Shown: positions 1 to 10,925 of the stretch, piece after piece | How the letters are laid out: every line of letters begins with the position of its first letter | Numbering within the stretch: position 1 is the stretch's first letter | IMG/VR virus record: IMGVR_UViG_3300045836_000083 | Coordinates: 62 to 64,061 of that record | Reading direction: 5' to 3' (one strand) | From: a virus | DNA length: 64,000 nt | Program-made: the position numbers and the translations under genes | Notes under the pieces: generated by a model | What the model saw: only the letters and a program-made list of their open reading frames with translations | Told to the model about the DNA's origin: nothing | Databases searched by the model: none

Positions 1-31
1 ATTTACGCTAAAAATTACGGTAACTTAAATT

Positions 32-1216
32 ATGATTACGGTAAATTGTATTGAATGCGGCAAAACTTTCGACGCTCAACGTTCATCTGCAAAATTTTGT
101 TCCCCTAATTGCAGGGTAAAATGGAACAATAAACCTGAAAACAAAGATAAACCTGAAGAAATCGAAGAAATACAAAAATCGGAGCCTAAAACTAAAATGG
201 TAGTTACCCCAACAGAATTAAAAGAAGCCCCTTCTGATGAAAGTTGGAAAGTAGTTAGGGATACTATGGATAAGATAAATAAAGATTTTGGTGCCGGATC
301 AGTGATGATACTAGGAGACAAGCCTATGAAATCAATTGAATCCATCTCTACAGGCTCATTAGGCCTTGATAATGCATTAGGTATTGGCGGATTGCCTCGA
401 GGCAGAATCGTTGAAATTTTCGGCCCTGAAAGCTCAGGAAAGACCACTTTAGCCATCCATATAATCTCAGAAGCCCAAAAAATGGGCTTGAAATGCTTTA
501 TGGTGGATGCTGAACATGCATTTGACCCTACTTATGCTGAATCTTTAGGGGTAAAAATTGATGAACTAGGTATTTCGCAGCCAGATTATGGAGAACAAGC
601 CCTTGAAATAGCTGATAGAATGATACTTACAGGGCAATATGCAGTAGTAATTATTGATAGTGTGGCCGCTTTAACCCCGAAATCTGAACTTGAGGGTGAA
701 ATGGGGGACAGCAAAATGGGTTTACATCCCCGATTAATGGGTCAAGCATGCAGAAAAATGACCGCAACAGTTTCAAAAACAAATACTTTACTCATATTCA
801 TTAATCAAGTTCGCCAAACTATTGGGAATATGTATGGCCCATCTGAATTTACTCCTGGTGGCAATGCATTGAAATTCTTCTCATCTGTGCGTATTGACAT
901 CAGATGTAATGCCCTCTTAAAAGATGGAGAAGATGTATTTGGCCGAAGGTCAAAAGTAAAAGTTGTAAAAAGTAAAGTAGCCCCACCTTTTAAAAACTGT
1001 GAATTTGATATAATCTATGGCGAAGGGATTGACAAAATAGGAGAATTGATCGAAATAGCAGCAAACTTACAGGTAATTCAAAAAGCTGGTAGCTGGTATA
1101 GTTATCATGAATCTAAACTAGGTCAAGGGAAACAACAAGTAAAAGAAATGCTGAAAGATCATGAACCTTTACTTAATGAGATCACTCTAAAAGTGAAAGA
1201 AAAGATTAATAACTAG
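32..1216 (+). CDS. recA: RecA recombinase with an N-terminal Cys4 zinc-finger extension
   Basis: Walker [10 protein letters not shown], Walker [37 protein letters not shown] and AGSWYSY. About 70 extra N-terminal residues contain CIEC...CSPNC. Confidence 0.97.
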   Translation: MITVNCIECGKTFDAQRSSAKFCSPNCRVKWNNKPENKDKPEEIEEIQKSEPKTKMVVTPTELKEAPSDESWKVVRDTMDKINKDFGAGSVMILGDKPMKSIESISTGSLGLDNALGIGGLPRGRIVEIFGPESSGKTTLAIHIISEAQKMGLKCFMVDAEHAFDPTYAESLGVKIDELGISQPDYGEQALEIADRMILTGQYAVVIIDSVAALTPKSELEGEMGDSKMGLHPRLMGQACRKMTATVSKTNTLLIFINQVRQTIGNMYGPSEFTPGGNALKFFSSVRIDIRCNALLKDGEDVFGRRSKVKVVKSKVAPPFKNCEFDIIYGEGIDKIGELIEIAANLQVIQKAGSWYSYHESKLGQGKQQVKEMLKDHEPLLNEITLKVKEKINN

Positions 1217-1313
1217 AACTACTTAATATGAAAAAAGGCTGTTCCTGGTACATCTTAGTGCTTTCTCTTTTCTGTATTATGTGCCACTTTTGTTGTAATT
1301 AAAAACTAAAGTA

Positions 1314-4300
1314 ATGAAAAACGATTTAAATATAGTGCCTTTTGATGGCCCAAGTAATGGATATTTTCTTGGTATTGACCCAGTTGGCTATGATCATAAT
1401 GTTGCAGTTTTTACTGTTATGAAAATGGGAAATAATAATAAACCAACTGAAATAATAACGTCTTACAAAGGACGACCAAATGAAGACTTTAAAGCTAAAG
1501 TACAAGAAGTTATTGACCTATATAAAATAAACGAATATTCAATTTTTACGCATAAACCAGACTAACATTATTATAATGATTGATATTAAAGAAATTAGAA
1601 TAGGTAATTGGATTCTTTCTCCAAAAGGAGAACCGTTTCAAGTTTATGCCGAAATATTCAATGATATTGAAATGGGAATTAACTTCATGCCTATTCTATT
1701 AACTCAGGAGCATTTAGAAAAAATAGGGATGATTAAAAGGTTTCCTTCACCTGACTGTAATATTTGGGATATTAAAGAAGAACTAAGGCCTCTTCCTACA
1801 AGAAATAAAACTTTTACTTTAGCTCTTATAGATAGAGGTTGGATTTATCCTACAGCACCAGGAGCAGTTCCATTTCAGTATTTACACCAATTGCAAAACC
1901 TTTATTACGCATTAACAGGACAAGAACTAGAACTACATTAACCTAATTAAATTGTTTTTCAAATGACAAAATATTGTGACTTATATTACAGCATACGTAA
2001 TACGCCAAAAGGCTACGTTTGGTACATAAGAACCAAAGATGGCGACATACTTCAATCCTCATTAGATAATGAAAACGAAGAAGATCAATGCTACACAGAA
2101 AAACAATCAGCCGAAACAGATTGTAGAGAAGCCATTGAAGATTATTACAGATAAACTAAATAACTATTACAATGAGTTTACCGGATGAAGCAGAAATATG
2201 GTGGCCAGCATGGGCATTACCAAAGGATAAAAAAGAAAAAACCGCAGAACAAATAAAAGCTGCTCAAATTAGGTACGACTATAACAAAGCTGTTAGAAAA
2301 CAATTTAAAAAAGAACACCCCGAAATGACGAGATTGCAAATAATAAAATATGCTTCCTCCATTGGAGGATATAAGGCAATGGAAAAACTTTTAAAAACTC
2401 CCTTACCCCAAAAACTATTACAATGAGTTTTATATGAGAATACTTGTAAGTAGTAAATCACTGCTATATTATCTTCAAGAGATTCAACAATTTTTAAAAG
2501 GAGATGCGAAAATAAGAATCAATCCAGATACTAATGAATTTCAAATTGATGGGTTTAGAGGACTAATAGTAGAATCGAAAGGTATAAATGAAATCCAGAT
2601 AGAAGTTCATAGACTGATCAATCTAAAAAACATTTTAATGAGAATAACCGACCAACCACTTACTATAATGTTTGATTATTTTAAAATAGAAATACAATAC
2701 ATTACTATATGAGATTTATTACTGAGTTTATATTTGATGACGGGGCTAAACCAACTGAAACCACAATCAATTATCGAAAAGAAATGCGAGATGACGCATT
2801 AGGACAAGCCATAAGAAACTCATTCGGGTTTCAAAATCCGGTCAACGGAAATCATTTACATCATAGATTGGAAATAGAAGCCTTCCCTATGGATAAATGG
2901 ATAGAGTTTAAAAGTAAATTATTTGACGAAGTTACGAGTGGTACATTAGGTGGACTAGAATTATTGCACATGATTAAAGAACTTGAATCATTTAAAAAAC
3001 CATAACTCAAAAATCAAACTTATATGACTTTTAAACATGAGTATGTTATCGCAGCCGACCATCCGGATAAAGATTATGCACATAAAGGGAAAGCTGATCA
3101 ATGTGAATATGAAATAGGGAAACATATCGCTAGGGTTTTTGGCTGGGAGAGAGTAGAAAATTATCCACCTACATTTCTAGGTAATATGGGTCAACAGGAG
3201 GATGAATGGATGAAACTGGAAATACAAGTCTTTCCGAATAGTAAATATTTAGAGTTTAAAAAACAATTTGTAGATGCATTACCGGATTATGATGTTGTAT
3301 CAAGAACAAAACTGATAAATGCAATTGCAGAACTTGAATCATTTGGTAAACCAGCAGGACCGAAAAAAGAACAATTATGATATACAAACAAAATGTAACT
3401 ATACCATCTTCAAACCAAGTTGTTGAACTTACTGTATCTCCTTGTATTAAATGTGATTGCGATGATATACATATTGAGGAATATGAGGATAACTTCGGGT
3501 ATATTTCCACTGCAAAATGCAAGTATTGCAACCAAGAAATAAAATCAAATACATCATTATCGGGAGTTATAAAAAAATGGAACGAATCAAATAATATTAT
3601 TCTAGTCATAGCTGATAGAAAACGCCTTATAAAAGAGTATCAAACAGAAATTAAATCCTTAAAAAGCAAATTAAACAACCGAAAACATAGACCTTGAAGT
3701 AATAAACAAACAATCATAGTAAATACTATTAGTTATGAATGATATACAAGTAATGTCTCTTACAACCATTAGACCATACATTACCGTAAAAAGCCCCGTT
3801 AATGGACTAAATTTTTACCATTATTTACATATTAAAGGTGGTGCCGGTGGTTTTTATAGAAGAGATTTAGGTGGCGAATTTGACTTTATTCTATACTATT
3901 CTTCGCCTGATCAAGATGAAAAAATGGGAGATATATGCCCGCGAATAGCTTGCAGGGAGCTAAATATACCTTGTGGTGAGGGTAGTACTATAGAAGAAGC
4001 CCATGAAGATTTTCTTAAGAAACTTAAAAAGAACCCCATTAAATGACAATACAAGTAGGAGATAGGGTAAAACTCATTGGGAAAGCAAAACAATGGACTA
4101 TTAATAAAAATAAGGAACGCGTAGGCACAATAACTAGCGAGTGTAGAAATTGTTATAATGGAATTTGTTACCGAGTCCTTTTTGACGGTTTAAAAAGTAA
4201 TCGCACAATTCATTTTTCATTTTTAGAAAAGATTCCTATAAATAATGAACCATTATTACATTAAAACAGAACTAAAAACAATAGATTACGAACTATGGGA

Positions 4301-5527
4301 TTTACTATTGAAAAAGGGAAAGCTGTAATATGGACTACAAAAATATTTGAAGCTGATTCCTGGCCTTTTAACGACGAAGGCGATAACTACACTTATTTCT
4401 ATAAAAATCTACGCGATAAGGATCACTTTTATAAATGTCTGGCCAGATTATCGGATGAAGAAAAGAAAAATCTAGTCTCTGAAACTTTAGGTATGGCTAT
4501 GGACAAGTTTATTCTAAAATCTAAAAAATCTCACAACAACGCTAAATATAAAAAACAATAGATTATGAGCAAGTTCGACAATATGAACAAGGAAACGCTA
4601 CCTGATCCATTAACAGGCGGCACGATGGATTTTTATACAAATCAGGATGGAACTTTTGCTATGTGTATACCGCATCAAGCAATTCCGATAAAATGTCAAA
4701 CGCCCAAAATAACATATGAGCCAATAACAGAAGGGATCAGAGTATGGTCTTTTGAGCCGCCAAAGACCGAAGACGCAGAATACGAAATACTAACTCCTAA
4801 ACAATTAACTGATGAAAAATAAAAATGAAGTAATTGAATCACTAATAAAAGAAATCCAAAACGAATCCTTTGCATTCTCTGAAATGGCGTTTAATGACAA
4901 AAACCTTGTCAAAAGTGGCGCATCCTATCAAGACGTTATAAACGTATTCTTATATAAGAAACTAGCTGAATTTGAATGTCGATTACGGAAGCTGGAACTA
5001 GATAATATTTGTAGAACAGATAATGTTATTGGAGGGTAATTAGAAAAAGCCATTAAAATACTTTCACTTAAACGCTGGGAACGCGCAGATTAAATGACAG
5101 TCTATCAATTTCTTTATTGTGATAATACTTGGGAATCAGGATTTATAACTATTAGTCTCCACTTTTCAAAAGAAGGAGCATATAATGCTATGCGAACATA
5201 TTTATTGAATGGCTATAATGAATGGTATTCTGGAAGTACTAAAAATTTCCGTAAGTCATGCCGATTTGGTAAATATCAAGCATGGAAAATAAATCCAATA
5301 CAAATTCAACCATAAAAATGAGTAAACAAATACAAGTAACAGGATGTAATGATTGTCCATGTTGTGATGTTCTGGATATGCATGTAGGATGGGGATGTTG
5401 TTTAAAACCTAAAGACGACCATGGTAATTATCTGAGAATAGAGAGCAATAGATTATACGGCCCGATAACTCCTGATTGGTGCCCATTAAAAGAACAGTCA
5501 ATAACAATAAAAATGAACCCCGCCTAA
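1314..5527 (+). CDS. Run of about 15 small tightly packed hypothetical phage genes (1314, 1576, 1963, 2172, 2434, 2709, 3024, 3377, 3735, 4043, 4295, 4565, 4812, 5094, 5318)
   Basis: Co-oriented 60-120 aa ORFs with short A-rich spacers or overlapping stop/start codons. No recognisable catalytic motifs. 2709..3005 and 3024..3380 are paralogous. Confidence 0.75.
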
Positions 5528-5545
5528 ATAAGCGGGGCTTTCTTT
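5518..5545. terminator. Intrinsic terminator at a convergence point
   Basis: CCCCGC-ctaaataa-GCGGGG followed by CTTTCTTT. It lies between the rightward gene ending at 5527 and the leftward gene ending at 5574. Confidence 0.7.
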
Positions 5546-5573
5546 AACCCTTAAAACAACCAACATGAAAAAA

Positions 5574-6632
5574 TCATTCATCGTTTTCCTCGTCAATCTT
5601 ATCCAAAGCTGCCATCACTATACCAATAATTTCATAGTACCTATCTTTCTTTTCTCCTAAATAATCATTCTCCTCTAGTTCTGTATGAATAGCTTTGCTG
5701 ATTTCTGATCTACTGTATTTGATTTCATTCATTCCCTTTTGATTTAAACGAATTATAAGCCGAATTACCGGTAAGATACTTCTCTTTATGATTATCTTCA
5801 ATTTCTTTTTCTGAACCGTCTTTATTGACTACAGTGAGTGAAATATGGGTTTTGTGATAATCTAGTGGTGGCTGGATGTTGTTTAATTTAATGTTGTCAA
5901 TGTAGCTTTTTGCTTCTTCCGCCGTGTCAAAATGTTCGCCGCCCCAACTAAAACCTATTAGTTCTTTTGTTATTAGGCACCCATTATGCCTTATGTAAAT
6001 GTCATCAACTAATCTGGCAAAGGATTCAGCCATATTTTCTCTCTTAGGAAGCATAGATTCCATCATAAAGTATTTGGTGGTTATAGATTATAGAATGGTA
6101 GGTCAGGGACATTCTACTAGGATTAGGTCAATAGGAAAATAAGCCTATGGTTCTAAGTGTTTATCTAGTTCTTTTAAAAGATCATCTGCCGCTTTAACAC
6201 TATCAACTATAACAGCCTTCCATTCGTCTTTTGTCAATCCTTCTTTACCAAATTGTGATAATAGACCACTCAAAGCCATCGCTGATATAAATTGTCTCTT
6301 AGTAAGGCCATTTAAACCATTATTTACCGATACAGGAAATGCTGGTTTATTTGAATCCATAATTAATGCTTTTTGACTGTTGAATCCTTTTGTTTAGTTT
6401 GTGTTGATTGTATCTGAGTATTAATTTGATTTACAATTGCTGTTATTACTGGCTCCGACTGTTCATATGGCATTTTTTTAAGGGCATCAATGGTGGTTTG
6501 CCAGCCTTCCACTTGCATGGATACTGTGTATACCTGTGGAGGCTTTATAGGCTTTAATGAACCGATATAGTAAGCGCCGGCAGAACCAATTAAAATAGAG
6601 GTAATTAAGACTGTAAGAATTGTTTTTTTCAT
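5574..6632 (-). CDS. Four small leftward hypothetical genes (5574..5801, 5725..6066, 6145..6360, 6363..6632); the last has a signal/TM N-terminus
   Basis: From the ORF track. 6363..6632 starts MKKTILTVLITSILIGSAGAYY. Confidence 0.7.
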
Positions 6633-6634
6633 TA

Positions 6635-6910
6635 TTATTTTGTTTTTGCTTTTGAAGAACCAAAACCCAAAATACCAGCACCTAATGCAAATCCGAAGGC
6701 ATACCAGCCGCCATTATTATTTGGAGAATACATTACATTGTCGCTCCATATCATACTAATCAAACTAAATGGAGAAATAATCCCGTGCCATAATCCACCC
6801 CAAAATCCATATGGAGACTGATTATTAATGCAATTTGAGACATCTACTTTGTGAGCACACGAACTTAATAGTATTAAAGCAACAGATACAATTAAAAGGG
6901 CTTTTTTCAT
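6635..6910 (-). CDS. Small lipoprotein with a membrane hairpin
   Basis: Lipobox LLSSC after MKK plus a hydrophobic stretch; YGFWGGLWHG and a hydrophobic Gly-rich C-terminus. Confidence 0.7.
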   Translation of the reverse strand: MKKALLIVSVALILLSSCAHKVDVSNCINNQSPYGFWGGLWHGIISPFSLISMIWSDNVMYSPNNNGGWYAFGFALGAGILGFGSSKAKTK

Positions 6911-7245
6911 TTTTTAATTTTGATTGATGTTAAAGATTTTGAACTACCGCAAACAGCAGCTCCATGATCTTTATAATCAAATACTACTTTTTCTCCTACA
7001 TATTGTTGTAGTGAATCGAATGCTGGCTTATCAATCTTAATATCTTGAGTGTTTTCGTAGGCAGATTTATCACCAGCTCCAACCATTTTACCTCCTTCAT
7101 AAGCTACTGAAATTTCATAATAATCACAAGGGAATGTTTTATGGCTCACTTTCTGTAACAAGCCAAACTTTAAACCTTCTGATGTTTCACAGGCTGAAAA
7201 GTAGCCTAATGTAAAGAACCCGAGCATAATTGTTAATTGTTTCAT
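6907..7245 (-). CDS. Putative lipoprotein
   Basis: MKQ plus a hydrophobic stretch ending YFSAC. Confidence 0.6.
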   Translation of the reverse strand: MKQLTIMLGFFTLGYFSACETSEGLKFGLLQKVSHKTFPCDYYEISVAYEGGKMVGAGDKSAYENTQDIKIDKPAFDSLQQYVGEKVVFDYKDHGAAVCGSSKSLTSIKIKK

Positions 7246-7284
7246 GTTTTTAAATTGTAATTGATATATTGTTTTATAGGTTAG

Positions 7285-7843
7285 TTATTCGATATATAGG
7301 GGTTTTTCTTCCTTTATGTTTTCAAGCCAAAAGGAATGAACTTCATCCCTTGAATCCCATCTTGTTAATTTAATAAATTCATCTGTTCTTGAAGATGGTA
7401 GAGGTTCATAATGCCATTCCCCATCTTTCCCAAGAACCCATCCAATTGATGATTCCATTTTAAGAACCCACTTTCTATTACCATTGGGTTGAAGTCTTTC
7501 TTCAATAAACACTGGGCGATTATATATGGGACACCATCCTATATTGAACGTCGTAGCTCGTGCTAACCATTGACTTTTTGTAAGCATTGATCAGGGTTTG
7601 TATGTTGTATTATTTAGCTTTTTGCATAGATACATGCAAAGTAATTTTTTTTACTAGTTTTTGCCGGCATTTTTCAACTTGGCCCATTGGTAGGATTCCC
7701 CGAACTGATAATTGAACAATAGCATCTGCATCCCTTTGAAAATGTACAATATCTTCGGCCTTATATTTAAGGTTTTGTTCTTCCAATTGCTCAGAAAGTC
7801 TAGGAGCCAAAGCCCCGAACCTAATTATACAATTTAAACCCAT
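7285..7843 (-). CDS. Two hypothetical genes (7285..7587, 7610..7843)
   Basis: From the ORF track; co-oriented with neighbours. Confidence 0.65.
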
Positions 7844-7899
7844 TGTTGATTATTTTAAGAGTTGTTTAACCTTATTACTATAATAGGATATTAGTTGTT

Positions 7900-8394
7900 T
7901 TAGTGTTTATAAACTAAGGATTCTAATTTTGAATAAAATTTTAGAGCGCGCTCTTGATCAGTAAGTAAAGGAGCCAGTATGTGAAAACGTTCTTTAATGT
8001 CATCCCAGTCTGCCATTGAAGGCCATTTATCTAATCCTTGGCTATCTAAGTTAGTATGACAACCTCCAAACATAGCTCGTTCTACACAGTTTAATGGATG
8101 GTACATTACTGATTCAAAAATAGCTTTTGGAAATATATGACAACAACTACCACGGAAAAATGTGTCATCTTTCTTGGAGGATGGCTGACCACAACCACAT
8201 TGACAAGTACCGGTTAATTCCTTTCTTCTAGCCTTAAACCATTGTTCCATTAAGGTATCATCATCGCCACGTAGTTTTTTTTCTTCTGCTTCCTGGGCTA
8301 ATTTCTTTTTGCTTTTGCGCGGGATGGTGTAGACTTTCTTTTTTTTCGGATACTGTGCTTCTTCTTTAATTCGTTGTAACTCGCGTAGACCCAT
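7900..8394 (-). CDS. Zn-binding HNH-like nuclease (NinG/Ref-like recombination protein)
   Basis: CQCGC...CCHIFPK...HPLNC...GGCHTNLD matches the CxxC-H-N-CH layout of beta-beta-alpha-metal nucleases. Confidence 0.6.
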   Translation of the reverse strand: MGLRELQRIKEEAQYPKKKKVYTIPRKSKKKLAQEAEEKKLRGDDDTLMEQWFKARRKELTGTCQCGCGQPSSKKDDTFFRGSCCHIFPKAIFESVMYHPLNCVERAMFGGCHTNLDSQGLDKWPSMADWDDIKERFHILAPLLTDQERALKFYSKLESLVYKH

Positions 8395-8412
8395 AAAACC
8401 AAGTTTAAATAG

Positions 8413-8655
8413 TTATTCATTTGATTCAATGTTTTCGCTAAAATTAAGAATATCGGTCGGGATAGGCCTTTTAGATTGTTTTGCTACTTGCAATTGCAGA
8501 TTGGATGTTCTTACAATTTCACGTGCTTGTGTTGCGATTGAGTCAGCAGCCCCAGCATCCATTTCTCCATCTTTAACCTTATTCAAGGTTTCCCATAAAA
8601 CAGTTTTTAGATTAGTGGCGGTAAGTTTGAGGTCTGGTTTAGCATTTTTTGCCAT
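8413..8655 (-). CDS. Hypothetical helical phage protein
   Basis: Overlaps the preceding Zn-finger gene. Confidence 0.65.
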   Translation of the reverse strand: MAKNAKPDLKLTATNLKTVLWETLNKVKDGEMDAGAADSIATQAREIVRTSNLQLQVAKQSKRPIPTDILNFSENIESNE

Positions 8656-9152
8656 AAACGTTTTCTTTTAATTGATTTGTTATAGATTTTGTTTTCACGT
8701 TTTGCCTGTCGGGCATCAATTTCATTTTCGAGGTTTTTTAAAACAATAGCCGCCTCCCAATATTCGCCATAAAATTTCTTAGCCCTATATTGCTCATCAT
8801 ATCTTTGTTTATACTTTTTGTATTTAGGCTGTTTACAATACATTATATGGAAAGGCATTCTTTTTCGTCGTATTTCTTTATATTTTTCTGTATTGACCTT
8901 ATAATCTAGTTGAAATGCAACCGCATTTTGAAGATATTCCAAATCGACTTCCTCATCAGTCCGAGATATCCTTAAAAAAAGATCATATAAAGATTTTATA
9001 AAAACCTTTTCGTCGTTGCTTTCATTAATTCTATGATTAAGGCCGCAACATTTTAGTGAACAAAATAATTTTGCACCTAATTTCATTGCTCTATTGTAGT
9101 GCCCTGTACTCTTTTCTGTATCCTTACCGCAATGAACACATTTTACAATCAT
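8607..9152 (-). CDS. Basic Zn-finger protein
   Basis: CVHC...FCSLKCC motif and a Lys/Arg-rich C-terminus. Confidence 0.65.
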   Translation of the reverse strand: MIVKCVHCGKDTEKSTGHYNRAMKLGAKLFCSLKCCGLNHRINESNDEKVFIKSLYDLFLRISRTDEEVDLEYLQNAVAFQLDYKVNTEKYKEIRRKRMPFHIMYCKQPKYKKYKQRYDEQYRAKKFYGEYWEAAIVLKNLENEIDARQAKRENKIYNKSIKRKRLWQKMLNQTSNLPPLI

Positions 9153-9153
9153 G

Positions 9154-9351
9154 TTATTTAGTTCTTAAGTTATTACCTTTTACTACAACAACCTTTTTGT
9201 TTTTACCTCCATTTTCTCGAAATTCCTTCGCTTCTTTTAACAATACTTCAATAGTTTTACTAAAGCTAATAAGCCCCCTTTCTGGTTGCATTTCTATCCA
9301 CTCTACTAAACTATTAGGAATGGTTGCTGTTATCTGTTTTGTTTCTGCCAC
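9154..9351 (-). CDS. Ribbon-helix-helix (CopG/Arc-like) regulator
   Basis: KQITATIPNSLVEWIE...ISFSKTIEVLLKEA gives a beta-strand plus two helices. GTG start; divergent from 9439. Confidence 0.6.
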   Translation of the reverse strand: MAETKQITATIPNSLVEWIEMQPERGLISFSKTIEVLLKEAKEFRENGGKNKKVVVVKGNNLRTK

Positions 9352-9384
9352 AATTAATTATTTCATGTAAAGTAAAATAAATTA

Positions 9385-9416
9385 CTTGGTATTTCAAAAT
9401 AAACTTTTTAAATTTG
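9385..9416 (+). promoter_or_regulatory. Bacteroidota primary-sigma promoter
   Basis: CTTG (9385-88), a 20-nt spacer, then TAAATTTG (9409-16), matching TTTG-N19-21-TAnnTTTG. Confidence 0.65.
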
Positions 9417-9438
9417 TTTTCAACAAAGAGAAACTAGC

Positions 9439-9822
9439 ATGAAAGAGTCAATAGTAGACATATCCCTTTATGAAATGAGGCGGCGTTTCCCGAATAAAAA
9501 AAGGGTGACATTAGAAGAAATATTTAGAGATATGGAGCGGGTATTTGGATTTAATCCCGTTAAGTGTTTATCATCTTGCAGGAAAAGACACTTAGTTATA
9601 TACCGTTCTATATTTTGTTATGTTACAAGGGTATATTGTGGATTTGGATTAAAAGAAATAGGCGACTTTTTAAATGGCCGTGATCATACCACTGTATACC
9701 ATAGCACCCAATCTGCTAAGTTTTACATTTTACATAATGATCCTACATTTATTGAATATTGGGATATATACATAACCAACTCAACTCTTTGGAAAGAACA
9801 TTTATCAGTTAAAAATATTTAA
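9439..9822 (+). CDS. Stand-alone DnaA C-terminal (domain IV) HTH protein
   Basis: GLKEIGDFLNGRDHTTVYHS matches the DnaA domain IV signature IGxxFGxRDHTTV; there is no AAA+ domain. Confidence 0.8.
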   Translation: MKESIVDISLYEMRRRFPNKKRVTLEEIFRDMERVFGFNPVKCLSSCRKRHLVIYRSIFCYVTRVYCGFGLKEIGDFLNGRDHTTVYHSTQSAKFYILHNDPTFIEYWDIYITNSTLWKEHLSVKNI

Positions 9823-9825
9823 TCA

Positions 9826-10065
9826 ATGGCAGGATTAACAGTGAAGGAATTTGTAACGGCAGGTAACTTTGTAACATTTGATAGTTTCAGGGCCGGAATA
9901 TTTTATTATAATATTTCTCATAGAATATCTCTGGAAAGATACCAGTTTCAGGTACCTATAGAAGATATTGGTGGTTCTACATTACTGAATAGGGATAAAT
10001 CAGTCACATTTATGAGATGGATACGTAAGTCAATTGATAGTGGTACGATGGTTAAAATCAAATAA
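9826..10065 (+). CDS. Hypothetical protein
   Basis: From the ORF track. Confidence 0.65.
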   Translation: MAGLTVKEFVTAGNFVTFDSFRAGIFYYNISHRISLERYQFQVPIEDIGGSTLLNRDKSVTFMRWIRKSIDSGTMVKIK

Positions 10066-10073
10066 TTAAACAG

Positions 10074-10484
10074 ATGAACAGGGAAATTAAATTTAGAGTT
10101 TGGGATGCTAAGGCAAAGTTTATGTGTGATTCGGGTAGAATCCCCGATGGCGTACCACATATGAAATATGAAGTTGGACTGTCTGTATCACCAAAAGGTT
10201 GGCATACTGGTATTGATGGGTTACATATACCTTGGAATGATCCAGATTTACCAATAATGCAATGGACAGGTATCGTTGATAAATTTGATACTGACGTATA
10301 TGAAGATGACTTCATTGAAATAACATGGAAAGATAACGATACTACAATCGAACGAATAACATGGGATGACAAATATGCCTATTGGAAATATGGTAATAAC
10401 CCGCTTTGTGAAATTATTGAAGATAAGAATGATTTTAAAGTTATTGGAAACACATATTCAAACCCTGAATACCTAAACAAATAA
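10074..10484 (+). CDS. YopX family protein
   Basis: MNREIKFRVWD...MQWTGIVDK...YEDD...VIGNTYSNPEYL. Confidence 0.9.
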   Translation: MNREIKFRVWDAKAKFMCDSGRIPDGVPHMKYEVGLSVSPKGWHTGIDGLHIPWNDPDLPIMQWTGIVDKFDTDVYEDDFIEITWKDNDTTIERITWDDKYAYWKYGNNPLCEIIEDKNDFKVIGNTYSNPEYLNK

Positions 10485-10487
10485 AGC

Positions 10488-10922
10488 ATGGATAATTCAC
10501 GATTTAAGTTCAGAGCATGGGATAAAGCTACAAATAGAATGCTTGAAACTGGTTTTCATATCTTGGGTGAAGTAACTTGTTTTGATATTATTACACAGAA
10601 GTTAATGGAGGAACCTTTAGGTAAAACCACGTTAGAAAGAATAGGTGATGTAATTATAATGCAATGGACTGGATTTAAAGACGACAAAGGAATTGATATA
10701 TATGAGGGGGATATTATAAAAGTATTTTCGTCTTCCGTAAAATATTATGAGGTATTTTTTAAAAATGGCACTTTTCGGCTAAGATACCAATTGGATTCTG
10801 GTGAATTTTATGATTGGGGGCCATTATTTAGATTATTTGAAATAGCCACGGAAAAAGATATTCAAACAACTATTGAAGTTATAGGTAAAATATACTCTAA
10901 CCCTGAACTCTTAAATAAATAA
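10488..10922 (+). CDS. YopX family protein (second copy)
   Basis: FKFRAWD...MQWTGFKDDKGIDIYEGDII...VIGKIYSNPELL. Confidence 0.9.
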   Translation: MDNSRFKFRAWDKATNRMLETGFHILGEVTCFDIITQKLMEEPLGKTTLERIGDVIIMQWTGFKDDKGIDIYEGDIIKVFSSSVKYYEVFFKNGTFRLRYQLDSGEFYDWGPLFRLFEIATEKDIQTTIEVIGKIYSNPELLNK

Positions 10923-10925
10923 TGT

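Noticed and set aside
1228-1302. 24-aa Cys-rich hydrophobic ORF after recA (MKKGCSWYILVLSLFCIMCHFCCN)
   Set aside because: Too short to support without homologues.
1314-1565. FLGIDP motif suggesting a terminase nuclease fragment
   Set aside because: 83 aa with no other RNase H residues; too little support.
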